A stretch of DNA of 64,000 nucleotides from Acanthaster planci (Eukaryota), in the NCBI RefSeq assembly GCF_001949145.1, contig NW_019091355.1, positions 5,588,517 to 5,652,516 of the forward strand. The letters run 5' to 3'. Below the pieces are notes generated by a model, which worked only from the letters and a program-made list of their open reading frames with translations, ran no database searches and was not told the DNA's origin. Each line of letters begins with the position of its first letter. The stretch's first letter is position 1. Below, piece by piece: positions 10,764-24,600 of this stretch. The translations under genes and the position numbers were made by a program.

Positions 10764-12460
10764 CCCAAACACTGTCTTTGACAATTTTTTCTGGGAAGAA
10801 ATCCCATACACAGTATAACTTGAGTAATGATTTCATTTCACTCTTAACCAAGCTATTTGGAGCTGGCTCGCCTGAGGCATCAACATGGTGAAGTTAACCA
10901 CCCGTATTTGCACCCAAACATCCATGCACGTACAATAGTGTCACCGACTTTTCGAATTACCAGCTGGGGAACATTCCACCCTATCAACCCCAAACAACAG
11001 TGCCCAGCCCATCACTCTCACTAGTTATTGTTTACGGTGCTGGTGTTTTTATAACAAGGCCGTACATTGCACCACGTACATGTACAGTGTACATGTTCTT
11101 CCATTCTATAAGCTGGCACAGCTGTCACCTTTCCCACTGTATCTGCGGGAAATAAAGCGGAATTGTTTCGTGTTGTCTACTCTTTGAAGTTCGGTCGATT
11201 GTGCGCTGTGCAAGATCGATTGTATCGCGAAAAAACGTGCTTAATCACTAACTACTGTATTCAAGTACACTTTAACGTTGTGGTTTCTCCTTATGACGTG
11301 GCATAATATGTCGGATTTGGAGAAAAGCAACGCAATGGCACCTTCCAAGTTGGAACACTGATATCTAAAATTTCAAGCTGCACCAATTTCTAATATATTC
11401 AGAGAATTGACGCCTGCAAACATTTCAGACTGAAGCTTTCGCCCAAGATGACATCAGAATTTAGTGATGCCATCTCTGAATATTTTGCGCAATATAAAAA
11501 CCCAATAGGACCCTCTAAAAAGGGACCTTTGAAATTTGCCTAGAATGAAAAGTATAGAATTACACCAAAAGTTGTAATGTAGGAAAAAATACTTGGAATC
11601 TTGGAGTCCGTTAAGTTTGTGTGAGAGTATCCGCGACCTTCAAAACACCGGACGCCAGGCTACCAAATTGGCACTTAACACATGACCATGAATACACACT
11701 GTGAATGTTAAATACAGAAGATATTACCAGCTAATTTCTTCATTGTCAAGCTTGTCTAGAATATTTGGTTCTCAAATTCATGTAGTGTCCTGCAATGAAA
11801 CTTTCCGCATTGTTCTTTGTCGGCCGCCCTGCCACCTTTCCTGGTTTCAATTCGATCGTTTTTGCACTGTTCCTCGGCAGTCAAGTGGTAATCGATTCCG
11901 CATCGACATCCGGAAACAACACAAGTGGTTTATACCGCTAGTCTGCTCGGATCAATTTTCGACTTTCCTGCTGTTTGAAAACAATAAATTACACTGCCCA
12001 TCAGCTCCGTGACTTTTGGCCACACTTTGACTTAGGTCGAGTCCAAGATTACTTGTATAATATACGAACAAGAACGCACTAATCAATGGTGCAGGGATCG
12101 ATATATGTTCTTGTGATTATCCATGTTGGCAAACTTTAAATCAAAATTTGTTTGAAGGTATGTGTCTTTTCACGTCCAAAAGTTGTTCTCCAGGGCACCC
12201 TTTGTTGCACGCCTAGGTCTGCTTCAAAATGATATAACCGAATAATCACGGCGCTAGGGATGCATCGGAGTTTGGCACTGACCACCCGAACTGGTACACG
12301 GTACCAATGATGAAGTTTGCGTGGAAATGTTTCAATCGAAAACCGTATACTATCAAAACTGAAAATACTGTTTGAATAGAGAGGTCCAAATACCTGCACT
12401 GCACTGGCGAGCTTTGGAAAACTTGGATCTTTGAGGTTCATCTTTGGGACTTGAGGCGGC

Positions 12461-15400
12461 ATGGAGTCCATCTTGATAGAGAGTGCTGAGATCCTTCGAA
12501 AGTTCACGGCGTCGTGGAACTACATCCTGGGTTCGAGGTGAGATGGAATCAGGCAGATGATTGACTGAGAACAAAGAGATACATGAATCATTTGATAGGC
12601 TGACGTATATTTGCAAACATGGAAACGAGAAAAAAGTTAAAAGATTCACTCGTAATTTCTTTCTTGGAATGACGAGTTTAGAATGCTAATGATACTGTGA
12701 ACGATTTTTCTGAAATGTCGAGAATCAACATAGGCCTATGTACGTCTAGAAGCCTTGGTTTGCAAAATGTTTTAAGAAAGAAATGTGACTTCTGAGTCAG
12801 ATTTTTTTCCAATGTGTTTCCAACCTATCTTTATTCAACTTGCACTATTCAACTTGCACTACAGCTACAAGTTAAGACGCGAAAGGTCCCTCGGGGATTT
12901 TCGAAGGAATGAAGATATCACGTTCGGCGCGAGGGAAGACGTCTCCCCGATAACCGAGCAAGACGAATTTTATTATTCGCACGACAAAGACCTTGCAAAA
13001 TCTGCTCGGGACTACGAACAAGAGTGTCAGCGGAGAAAATCTGATGTTAGACACGATGCGTCTACAACACAGCCTGAGACCACGAAGACTGCTTGTGGAG
13101 AAAAGAGGAAGAAAAGGCAAAAATCTTGTGTGTATTATGGCGAGATGTCTGGTTGCAATCTAACGATGGATGTGATTGGATGTCTTCCTGACAACATTCA
13201 ACAGGTTTGTATACGCTCAATTAGTAACATCAACACGGATGACCTGTTACTGGTTCATGGAAGGTTCATTCCATGTGTATTAATCAAATGTTGCCATTTT
13301 CTAGCTGGTTTTTAATACTTAAATTTTCAATCTCATTTGCAGGCCATAAAGAGTTTCTCTATCAAAAAGGAAACCGAACATCTTACTTTGTCGTTTCCAT
13401 TTATGACGGAGATCTTGAGGAAAACATGTTCCCTTGGGAAAGGCGCAGCAGGTCGTTATGTGACACCCATGATTCTCTGCAACCACAGCTTGAAACTGAC
13501 CAATTATCACCAGGCAATAGTGACCCTCGCTCCCGATTATCAGAGGTGAAGATTGTTTTCCATCGTATGCAGCTAGTGGGCCTGTCGTTTCGGCAGTGGC
13601 GCCATGGCTTGACTGGGGTAGAACTTTTGGGGCACTTGGGTATACATGCATCACTCATTTTGCACGAGGCCCTGAAAGCATTACACGGGAACTGCGGGTT
13701 GTATAATTTTTGTTAATATCTAAATTTCAAAAGGGGACACCTTTCAAGCATCTGCTGGGGGAGGGGGAGTTACATACCCCTGTTGCCTAAAGCCTACCAC
13801 ACGCCACTGCTTGCTGGTGTTACCGTTGTTTTCTGTACCGTACTATCATTTGTATCAGTGTTACATGTATGCATTCAACATTCTTCACTTCCACATTTTA
13901 CCCAGGTCAACTCTTTGTGTGGTTCAGTTTACCATCTGTCGCAGTTATACCAGAGAAGGACTACATCAACACTACACTCAGCTACTCTCCTCAGTGTTGA
14001 AGGATTTCACAAAGATGCGGTGCTTTCGTTTTCCCGTGGGTTAAAATGAATCCTATACGTTGTTTCCCTTTTTGGCTACACCCTCCATTTAAAACTGTTC
14101 ATATCCGTCGTTTTAATTTATACAAACAATATAAAATAATGCAAAATTGCCACAACAATATTCGACATCGCGGAATTATATTTGTCGAATCTTTTTCATT
14201 TTCCTTTCATATACCTACCTATCATTAAGCAGCAGTTAGTGGTTCTAGACGACACAGATCCAATGATGATAGGATCTCTGTGCGCCAAGATAAAAACCTC
14301 ACTGTGCCCTCCGATAACTGGGGAGAACAGTAACTGCTACGCCCACCGGATGCATGAAACTTCGGTAAGTCTTTTTTTGCCGTACCTGACTAAAACCGAC
14401 GGGCAAAAAGAGATGCAGCTATTTTTTCCTGAATAAAAAGCACTGGCAAACAGATAAATCGTTTTTTTAACTTTCTGTTCACAGCAGAACGCCGAGTTCC
14501 TGGTGTCGGGACTTAACAGGGAAATCTTCAACCAAGCTGTTAATGAGACGTTGTATCTCCTTACAGACCAAGATCGAGACCGGTTTTTAGTATCGATTAA
14601 ACATCTTCTTTCCGAGAAATGCCCGAGACAGGAGTTTAAGAAAACAGAAAAACTCCTTGGGGTAAGTATTATAACATCAAAATCCGTTTTGATGATCGCG
14701 AAAGTTCGATGTAGGCCTATAGATTTATAGTTAATTTTTCGAAAAGGGCTGTAAGAGATGCATAATTTTCGGTCATATAAAGAACATTTTTTTCAGACCC
14801 CCTCGAAAATGCTGATTAATAATAATTTATGAAACTCTAAATTCTGATGGCGACATCCAGCACCGTTGTTCGAATAGATCTGTTGCCACAGTTACAATAT
14901 CAAAAATGAAATTAAAAAGAGTGAAATTTGTTCCCAAAAGAACACTCTTTAAGTGTTTTGTTCACTTTCGCTTCAAAATAGTTTTGAAAAAGAAAAAAAT
15001 CATTGCACTGGCCGGGAATCGAACCCGGGCCTCCCGCGTGGCAGGCGAGAATTCTACCACTGAACCACCAGTGCTTCATACAAGAGATGGAATCAATAAT
15101 GTATATAAAGATTACATTTAAAGTCTCTGCCACAAATTTACCGTGTACAGTATAGTAACACGCTTAAAGCTAAACACAAGTAATTAGGTCAAAAATCTAA
15201 CTTTAGAAGTTAAAAAGCCATTTCGGCGAAATTTTAATCTAATTAATCAGAACTATCGGACACGCGATTTCGTCTAGTCTCGTTTCTGACACATTAAGCT
15301 GAACACGAACTGATGGCTACGCGCGCCCCACACTAGTACGAGTTTGCGCGTGACGACAGTGAGCGCGCATTTACGGTTTCACCATGACCGCCACCAGCGG

Positions 15401-17579
15401 TACGGTACGGTACCGCTGTAGCAAAGATTGTATAGCGCCACGAAGCTGTGCGATCTTTAGCAAATACTTAGTAGCGATAGCACGGTCGGGGTACAGATGA
15501 CGTACATGTTCATGTCATGATTGTATGATGTACAATTACGGACATGATGCAGAAAACTAAAACAATTCTCAGAATTTAAATTTAGGAGGAAAACTGAAGG
15601 TCTAGTGTGGAGGTGGCTTCCTCCATGCTTAATCCCTCTGCTTCTGACCTCATTGGTACCCTAGAAGTAGAGGCCTATGCAGCGCCTACCAAGTTCTGCT
15701 TATTAGTGCAACAAACTCCACAGTAGGATATTCACTAGGCCTGTGTTGGAAAATTCGCAGGCCTACTTTCAAAGACACAATTCTCAGGTTGGATTCCTCC
15801 TGACTAACGTCCGACCTAGAGCTCAGACTGGGCAGCTTGCGCTGACTGTGAAAATGGGCTAGGCTTGCTAGGGTCTATTTCGCCCATTTGAGTACCTCAA
15901 GCCTTCATTCTAATGACATGAATGAATTCAATTTGTGATTTCATTACGTAAGCAGACTTCAGAGTGCTGTGCCGAGGTTCATGGCCTGCGCCATGCTGTC
16001 ATGGTTAGGTCCAAGGTACCCCCAGAAGTGTGGGGTCCAATGTCCCCCCGCTCCTACAAACTGATGAGGTTCATTGGAATGGGGTGGACCTCACAGTTCT
16101 GGGGGTAGGTCCGAGGCTGAGCCTTGGCTTTAATTTGAGTGTTCTAGCTCTAAGGTGCAGATCTGTCACAACAATAGGTTTCTTTTCAGTCATGATTGTT
16201 TGGAGGGGAGGGGGCTCAGATCAAAATGTTAACATACACTGTATTTGGTTTTGAACTGAAATTCAACGGTACCAGACAGTCGCATCGTAGGCCTAACGTT
16301 AAGCCCCTAATGCAATTGTTACTTGCACGTTTTGACCATTTTGTGTTCTATCTAGACCCATAAATAGGGTCCAGTAGATATCGGTGGAGTGTACAGTACA
16401 TGTACATATTCGTATAGCATATAGTACCCTGTTTATGATCGAATCTAGGTTCCCTCTGGCTATTCTTGCTGTAGTAAGCCTACATGGATGAATGGATGCA
16501 GCTACCTGGCCTGAATCAAACGGGTGTTAGTTGGTCATTTTTGCTGAAACTGAACTGATGTTACTAGGGCCTACCAATGACTAAGATGATTCTTTCCGGT
16601 GTACTTTATTTGCATGATCGTTGGTGTAACGTTATGCATGTGTTTGGATTTTTGTTAACAGGATCATGAATTGGTACCGTTCGCAATCAAAGACTTCTGG
16701 ATGATATGGGGTCATGAGCTCATCAAGCCGTTGATCTTCCCAGTTGCAAAGGTGATATGGGATGACGAGGTTCAAGTTGAAGACAGTGCCAGCGGTTCGC
16801 TTTGCTGGAGGGCGCTCTTTAACCCGCTGATGACGATAGACTCAGAGGGGGGTGGCAAGAACGAGAGGACGGGAGGAATGAAGGCGCTAATCCAAAGCAT
16901 TGTGCGGAGACTAAGAGGGCAGGTCCCAGACGGTGACGTCGGTGAGTCAGTCATTCATGGTGTTCATCGTATTTTCTCCTGAGTTGATTCTCCTACGAAT
17001 CGATTTCATTCAAAAGGCAAGTCAACTCAGGATGGGGTACTGTAAATCCACCCCCTCCCCAGTATAGCTAGGCATGAGTTGGGGGTGGGGGTGAAGTGCC
17101 AATTTCTTTCTTAAGCCGAGTAAGGATCCCCCCAAAGGTACATGGTATAGTAGGCCCCCCTACCAGTGAACCAGTTCAGTATTTGAACGGCGCATGCCAA
17201 AAGTAACCCAAAATGAAGCCTGCCGTAGGAACAGCAACTGATGCATGTAAGCTGCCATGTATTTGAAGTCTTATGCCAATTGTACGCTGGCATTGTTCTT
17301 CACTGACTATGGCTCCTATTGTGCAACTTAATTGCCCCCTGAAACACTAGGAAGCTATTCTAGTCAGTGTCCTTACATACAGAGGCCCGTTATTCTTACG
17401 TCCTAAAATCTGATTTATTCCAATTTTGTGTAGCATCTGAGTTGTTAGAACATGAAAAGTGTTCTCTTTTTTTTGTCCCAGATATACAGGACCGCAGTTG
17501 CACCCCACATCTTTGTAGGGGAGTTTGTTTCCAGCAATCACTAACCAAATTTGCAAAACCAAGTTCTGTGCCATCTTAG
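12461..17579 (+). CDS. Uncharacterised 8-exon protein, ~479 aa
   Basis: Exons 12461-12537 (GGCATGG Kozak), 12865-13204, 13343-13545, 13906-14035, 14230-14364, 14485-14661, 16662-16941, 17482-17579 (TAG). All have GT-AG boundaries and compatible phases (2,0,2,0,0,0,1), giving a 1440-nt open frame. AATAAA at 18184-18189. The donor at 14035 (CCC/GTGGGT) is the least certain junction. No domain recognised. Confidence 0.65.
13594..13809. mobile_element. Degenerate short DNA transposon with the same CAGTGGCG termini as 10560-10763
   Basis: CAGTGGCG (13594) ... CGCCACTG (13809), similar length and G/C-run interior. Only an 8-bp IR, no TSD. Confidence 0.45.
15004..15074 (-). tRNA. tRNA-Gly(GCC)
   Basis: GCACTGGTGGTTCAGTGGTAGAATTCTCGCCTGCCACGCGGGAGGCCCGGGTTCGATTCCCGGCCAGTGCA, 71 nt. 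Full cloverleaf, intact A and B boxes, followed by a T-run Pol III terminator (plus-strand A-run 14987-14999). Confidence 0.98.
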
Positions 17580-18183
17580 CTGACAGCGTCATCTGATGTT
17601 GATGGATGGTTAGTGTTGCAAACAGCCTTACATTGTTCTCAAATGGTACGGTACCACCCACGCTAGTAAATTTCACACACGAATAATGTCTTTGTCCAGT
17701 AGGATATTAACTTTCTGATTCAGATGCTTAAAAGCATGGTACCATCTTAATAGTACTCACTGATTCTAGTTGCTGGAAACCTTTGTTACCAAGACTGGTC
17801 CTTCTAATAGAGATACTTGCTTGATGTAAAAGCCTCGTGTACATTCAAGTTATTATCCTCCGATCTGGGACCCATTTGTACACGGTTGCTGTGTAGAAAC
17901 CTCTTTCACTTTTCTAGATTTACATGAAATGCACAATTTGCCAGCAGATCAGACCAGAAACTACTACTGAAATGTTTTCTGTTCACTGCTGAGCCCAAGG
18001 TAAAAGATTTCTTGATGGATTTGATTTAAAACAAAGACTTAGGATGATGGTTTGCTTTTTAAATCATGGTGTTTTTTTCAAGCAACGGAATGAGTTCCTG
18101 GTTTGATAAATAATCTGTTGAATTGGATTTCTGTTTTCTAAAGTGCCAGTGAAATGTGCAAATCATGATTTTTATATCATTGT

Positions 18184-18189
18184 AATAAA
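18184..18189 (+). promoter_or_regulatory. Probable polyadenylation signal of the uncharacterised gene
   Basis: AATAAA ~600 nt after the stop, followed by T/GT-rich sequence. Confidence 0.5.
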
Positions 18190-21100
18190 ACAGTGCTTTT
18201 TAAATTAATGTGAGATTGTACAATGTGCTTTTTTCTATGTGGCCAGCTTTTCACGGAAAGACCTGCGTTGTAGAATTCTAATACTGAAGCATGGATCTGT
18301 ATATACAGAAACAATGGACTCCAACACGTATGATGATGGAGGGTGATTTTTTTCTCGTCTAGCAGTGATATCTGGTGTGGGCATGACCTAACAGATATTT
18401 GGGGAGAACTTTAAATAGTTTACAAGGATGTTGCTTGTAGCAAAGGTGAAATCCATGATGTAGCACTCATCTATGCAGGAAGATTTGCTTTATCACAAAC
18501 ACATCTTTTGCAAACTATTCTGACCACAGTATCCATTTTAATAACATGTCCAATCATAATGTAGTTTACATCAGATAATTACAGATATACAAGTGAACAT
18601 TACCAATGTACAAGTACAATGATACCCATGCAGTGACCATAATAATTATATACACAAACATTTAAACACTTTGTTTAAACCCTTCTGTGTGTTATTGGGA
18701 ATCCTAAGCCTTTATCTATGAGCTGGGTACTACATCATGTTTTACTTTTAAATCAAAATATTCAATAATGGTGTCACACTTGTAAAATGTGGGAAGTATT
18801 TTTCTTTCAAATTACATCATAAAATATGTGTACTTTAAAATGTAACACTTGCTAAGGTTACACGCAGAGTATTAAAAAAAATCAAAAGAACAAATATCAG
18901 ACCACTGAGTCCGGTGTCTCATTCCAGGATTGTTGGAAGAAAGTTTCAGCTGTGAATCATGTGGACAAATTCAGCATCTGATCATTTTATTCAGTGTCTG
19001 AAATGGACGACATTCATCCAGGAATTCAAGCAATACGTACAGCTCTTTAGTAATTTTTTTTTCAAAAAGCCTGAATCCGAAACCTGCTCAGTGTGTTACC
19101 TCCCTTCTCTAAATACAAAGCTTTACTTCAATGCAAGCAAATTGGGCGGCTTACATGACATGCCTACGTGTCCCCAACTACAAACCAACCCAATTCAACC
19201 TCAACTTGCCAGAGGGCACACACATAATTTCAAACGCTAGTTAAAAAAATGCCTGATTTTTTTCTAACCACTTATTTTAAATCAACCGAGCTGGAAAGTG
19301 GTTTCTGATTTTTTTTCTAGGGTCAAAGATGTGCACAAATTTTTATACAAATAGTCTCACTCACTGAACAAGTTCACAGCAGTGTAAGTGAACTGGGAGA
19401 AATATCCCCGTCTGATATCTTAGTGATCATTGAAATGATTTACCACTGCTAAATGGTCATCAACAATTCCTGGAAGCCCAACTGTCATGTGTGTATTCAT
19501 GGAATCCATTTACCAATGTTATCTCTGAGCAAACTAGGGGCAACATCCATGGGTCTGTTCCATCAATGCCCAGACTTTTTCACAGTATTCAGATCCTTCT
19601 TAATTTGTCTCAAAGGAAAATTGACAATTTGCGGGACAGAGCCAACATGCCCTATATACATTTACATTACCAATGAATAAATCAGTAAATCTTGATTTTC
19701 TTTACATAAATGCATTCAGTGTCATCAAATTGACGTAAATCGCTGTACCTGAGAGTGGCATTTTTTCCAGGAAGAGTGCAGGCGTTGTTTAAAACAGATA
19801 GGTCTCAACAAACTGTCCATCTGTGATGGCAACAAAAATGCGTGTCCAAATACTGTGCCAACATGTGACACAATTGCTTGAAGCTCATTGAGACGATGCA
19901 CAACACCAACTGACCAGTATTCAATGCTGAAGGCAAAATACACTGCCGAAAATGGTTGCCTAGTGTGGCACACAACCACAGAACATGGATTTAGCCCACA
20001 GCAAGAGCTGTATACTGGGCCCAAGAGTTTACTTTACTCCTGTCAAGAATCTAGAAACCAAGGGAATGCTTCAAATGGCCTCTACGGTGGGACCGTGGAG
20101 GGCACTGTGCGGCCTATTCACTGTAGACAGAAAGCATGCACTGGTTCTTATGTGTGTGGTGTAATGTACGTACCACAAGCTTTCATCAGAATGGGCACAA
20201 ATGCACTAAGCAGCAGCACTCGAGTTATCCCAGGTTCTCCCCAGAGCATGCGCACTAATATCTGGGAAATTGTTTTCCACTGAAGGAGGTCTCCCATGAT
20301 TCATTTCTCTTCCACCTCAGCTGATTGGTCTGTTGTAGTACAGGACAAAAAGATGACCCTATGACTCTTGCTTTACCGTACCTTTCAACACACCTCATAA
20401 TTTGTCTGTACATCAATGTTGTCATAAAAACCACAAGCTATAGTGGATAAACAGTTTGACTTATCCACTTTTTGGGTTAATCTCAAATGATAGTTACAGC
20501 ACTGGTCTTGATTTTTTTTAGCAATTGAATATAAGACCTAAGTTTCAAATAAACCTGAAAGGCTGAACACGATGATGACTTTCGTGCACATTTAACAAGA
20601 TTAATTAAAAAATACTGTTTCTCGTAACATTGAATTCATTGCAAGTGACTTAACGTTTCTGCAGCTTTTGTTTTTGTCTAAAAGAACTATGAAATATTTA
20701 ACACATTTTCACCAACATCAGTTTTTCTCACGGGCGTCACTCAATTTGTCTAGTGAACAAAGTTGGCAAAACAACAGCATCACACTCACAGCTTCATCTC
20801 TAGCTAAATTAACGATTCTCATGTAAAACAATGCGTAACGTCTAAAATCACAGATGTTAAGAATTCAACATTGCACAAGTGTTAACACCAATTACTCTAA
20901 CATATGCAGAAAGAAAAGGAAAATTGTGAGTAACCAACTTTGGTTTCCTAAAGCAGTGTATGATCATAAAACAAATCCTTCAAATTTTTCCACAATTTAT
21001 ATGGATCTGGTACTGCTGTTTTTGTAAGGGTAAAATGAACCTTTTTGTTACATTCCCCAAAAGTGTGAAGTAATTTCTTTTTCGATCACCTTTTTATGTT

Positions 21101-21646
21101 ACAGGTTTTAGTTCAATTTATTTTTAGATTTAATGCTTTCTCTGTTCTTTCAAGGATGAAGATCTATCTATATACAGTTATCCGTGAACTGACAAGGTAT
21201 TAGTTTATATGTAAAGCCAGAGATTAAAACGAATGTAATCAGATCGTAAAAGATGTTAATTATTGCTAACGACTAAAGGAGTTCCTTGATGTTTCAAATA
21301 ATTTTAACAGATTTGCCCACTTGTTGACTGCACTGGTCCTCAAATCTTTTTCAATCTCTGACCGCTATCAAATCATAATATTTTTATATGTCACCCAGTG
21401 TCATTAGAGTGAAATGTTTTTACTAAAGTGAGGAATCAATTCAGGTAAGGCACAGCGAAGTGAACCTGCTCCTTGCTTTAAGAAACGATAGTTTGTGTTC
21501 GTCCTACTTGTGCTTTATTTGACTGATGTATTACAACATAGCTGCACCCTTGCCATGGGGTGTGACTGATGAAATCTTACACAATGGTTGAAAACAATTG
21601 GGAAAAAGGTCTTGAGTGAGTTTGCCGCTCGGTCGTTGGCCAATAT

Positions 21647-24600
21647 CTAAGAGCTTCCCGTTGTGGAGGATTCGGGCTGCGGGAGTATGGGCGCGACGAT
21701 GGGGATAGGCGAGCCTTTCAGGATGGCCGGATTAAGGAGGAACGGCACAGAACTGCCCGGCTTGGCCTCTTGGGCCCCAGGAAGGGGGGCCAGGTAGGGC
21801 AGGGGCGGCTGCAGGATGATGTTGGGCTGGCTGGTGACTGGGTTGGTCTCAATGGTGCTGGGTGTGGTTGTAGGCGTGGCTGCTGTTCCTACAGTGGGCA
21901 GGGCATCTTTTGTGGGGGTGGCATCCTGTGTTGAAGGTTTTGGGCTTGCTTCTATGACAACAAAAAGGTAATGATGATGTCACAGCTTTACTGGAAGAAA
22001 AAAACACTGCTAGTGATAAAAAGTGATTCTTATATCCATCCACAAAGATTGAAGTTCTAAAGCAAATTGTGATATTACTTTTCCCTGTTGACCTACCTTC
22101 TGGTTTTGCACTGACAGTAACTTGCTCCTCTTCAATTGGACTGCCATCTCTAACGATGTCATCTGGTGTAGGGGCCATGCTTGGTGCCGGCTCTTTGCTC
22201 ACAACTAGACAAGGAATTGACAGGAAATACACCCAGATAATAAATACACTGGAAGAGAATGAACCCTGTAACAAACATTGCGCTGTAGACCAATCTTGCA
22301 GTCGCAACATGGCCACACCAAAACGTTGGGGCTAAAAACTGCCATCTTCAACAAATGGCTAACGCACGTGGTTGGATGTATAGCACAGCCAACAGCCAAC
22401 GCATCACTGATGGCCTGGACCCAACCTACCTGGCTCGTGGGGCTTGAAGACTTCATTCTTGAGGCCTGGCAAGAAGCAGTCAATACGCTCCCAGGTGAAG
22501 ACCCAGAGCTGGCAGTTCTGGCCTCGCTCTGAGCCGGCCGCATCTTGAAAGACGCCTGCTGTATCCATGACCAAAAGCATGTTCTTCAAGGATTCCGGGA
22601 TGGCCTCATACTGTAGGTAAACAAGGAAAGAGCAAACAAATCAACAGTTAGCATTACACAGCCCAATACAGACACAGCGTACTATCTGATGAGTTGCTGT
22701 GTAGAATACGCTCCTCAAACAAACTGGCTAAAAGCAAAAAACTACTGTTAAGTAACATTTACTTAACTTGCCTGAGAGAGTGCTGAGAATGAAATGACCT
22801 GTATTGAGCTGCAATTTCCCCCACGAAATGTTATTTAAAAAAATTAGATTACCCTATAAGGCCTCTAAAACTTTACATAGATCACAACAAACATTTAGCA
22901 TAAGGCTCCGTTGCATACCAGTCTGCCATTACAGATTGCTTACAGAAAATTTTAACTGCTATTAAGCTGGATAAAAACACTTGAGTACAATAATTCTTGC
23001 TATATAGAATGCAACATTAAAGCGGTTTAGCTTACAAGTAGGTCACTCTTGTCAGCATGCATGTACTTGTCCATGAAATCCAGGATGGTGAGCCACAGTG
23101 CCGTGAATGTAGACAGCGATAGAAGGGGTGTCAAATGCTGTAAGAATACCTGTGGGGGTTGTTGGGGAGAGCACAAGTTTCGATCATCCTCACTGAAATT
23201 TGTGTGTTGATTTTGTCCACTTAAGCTTTATGCATTAATGAGGCAAGTCCGACTGGCCTTGTTGCTAAATACACCTGCACAGAGAACGCAGCACCTATTC
23301 CTGCATTCGTGGAGGCAGTTTTGCAAATATCGGCTTCCTCTTGTCTCAGGCCCCACCTCCCACATTAAAATTTCTTGTCGGTACACAACATTTGAACAAA
23401 ATAAAATAATTCCATTACTGGGTCGACTCCATACCTGTTGAGGTTCCTAGAGCAAATGCCGACGTTTTTGGAGCAAAAACTCAAACAAAAATTTAAAAGA
23501 GCAAGATATGAAGAGACATAGCCAAAAATTTGAACCCCTCTCCCAACACCACTGATGTCGGTGATACTGGGTACAGCACCTCAGACCCACTCACCTTGCA
23601 CAGCAGGGTGGCAGCCCTCATGCGTGTCTCCTCCAGCCCCACTGGGTCCTGAGGGTGGATCTGGTCCAGCAGCTTGGCGAGCAACGGGAACAGGACCTTG
23701 TTGAAGCAGGATTCCCACTCTACAGCCGACAGCGTCTGCAGGTCATGCACAAGCAGAGCCCGCTGCAGGTAGGTCAGGGCCTGCATGCGTACCTGGCGTC
23801 GTATGTCGCAGCACAGCCGGGCGATGCCTGCCAGTGAGAGAGGAGGAGGTCTTTACATTAAGTTCTATCACTTTGGATCGGCGCGCAGGAAAACTTTGCT
23901 GAGCAGAAAACTCCCATTGGCAAATTTATGTGATGTGTTAAGAACCAGTCACAGGAATAACGACATGCCATTCAGGCTAGCAACCTGTTCTTTTCCCATG
24001 CTTTCGACAGAATTCTGCCATTTCAACTAAATGACCCAATCCTATGAAATGTACTGACGGACTGGTACCTCTCTGCTTTTTGCTTTTTATAAAACAGCAC
24101 AGTATATTGCTAACAAGGATGCTAGTTTCCCATTTCTTCATTTCCATAATTCAATTTCCTTGGATCATCATTCACACTGTTCTGTTTCTAAGCAGGCATT
24201 CTCTGTTAGCTTGAAGAATGAATGCAGACAGCAATGGATTGAACCAACTTGCTCAAACTAATGTCTACTGCTGAAGGACATGCACAAAAAATATCCCTTC
24301 GAGGCTGCAATTCCTGAGAACACTGTCCATGAACCTTACATCCCTGGCATGGAATAACTGCAATTGTGTCTTAATATTGCATGCAAACAGGAGCAAAAGA
24401 ATCCATTTCCAGACTGTTTCATGGTGATGTCTCAACAGTCTGGGAGTAATTGCACTCAGCTCTTGGGATTTAGCCAAAGTATACCTTTCTAGAACTGACT
24501 TTCAAACGTACATGAATGATAAACACACATGAACAGGCTGGAATTTGATGGCCCTTCTCTTGCACTCAGTGTAAAACTGCAAAAATGCCCCGCTCTGACG

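Noticed and set aside
12194..12460. TGA-containing frame suggesting a selenoprotein exon
   Set aside because: The same frame also has TAG/TAA upstream and no SECIS was recognised; more simply the 5' UTR of the gene starting at 12461.
16061..16096. CTGATGAG hammerhead ribozyme core
   Set aside because: No GAAA after the stem and no stem I/III arrangement; only a simple hairpin.
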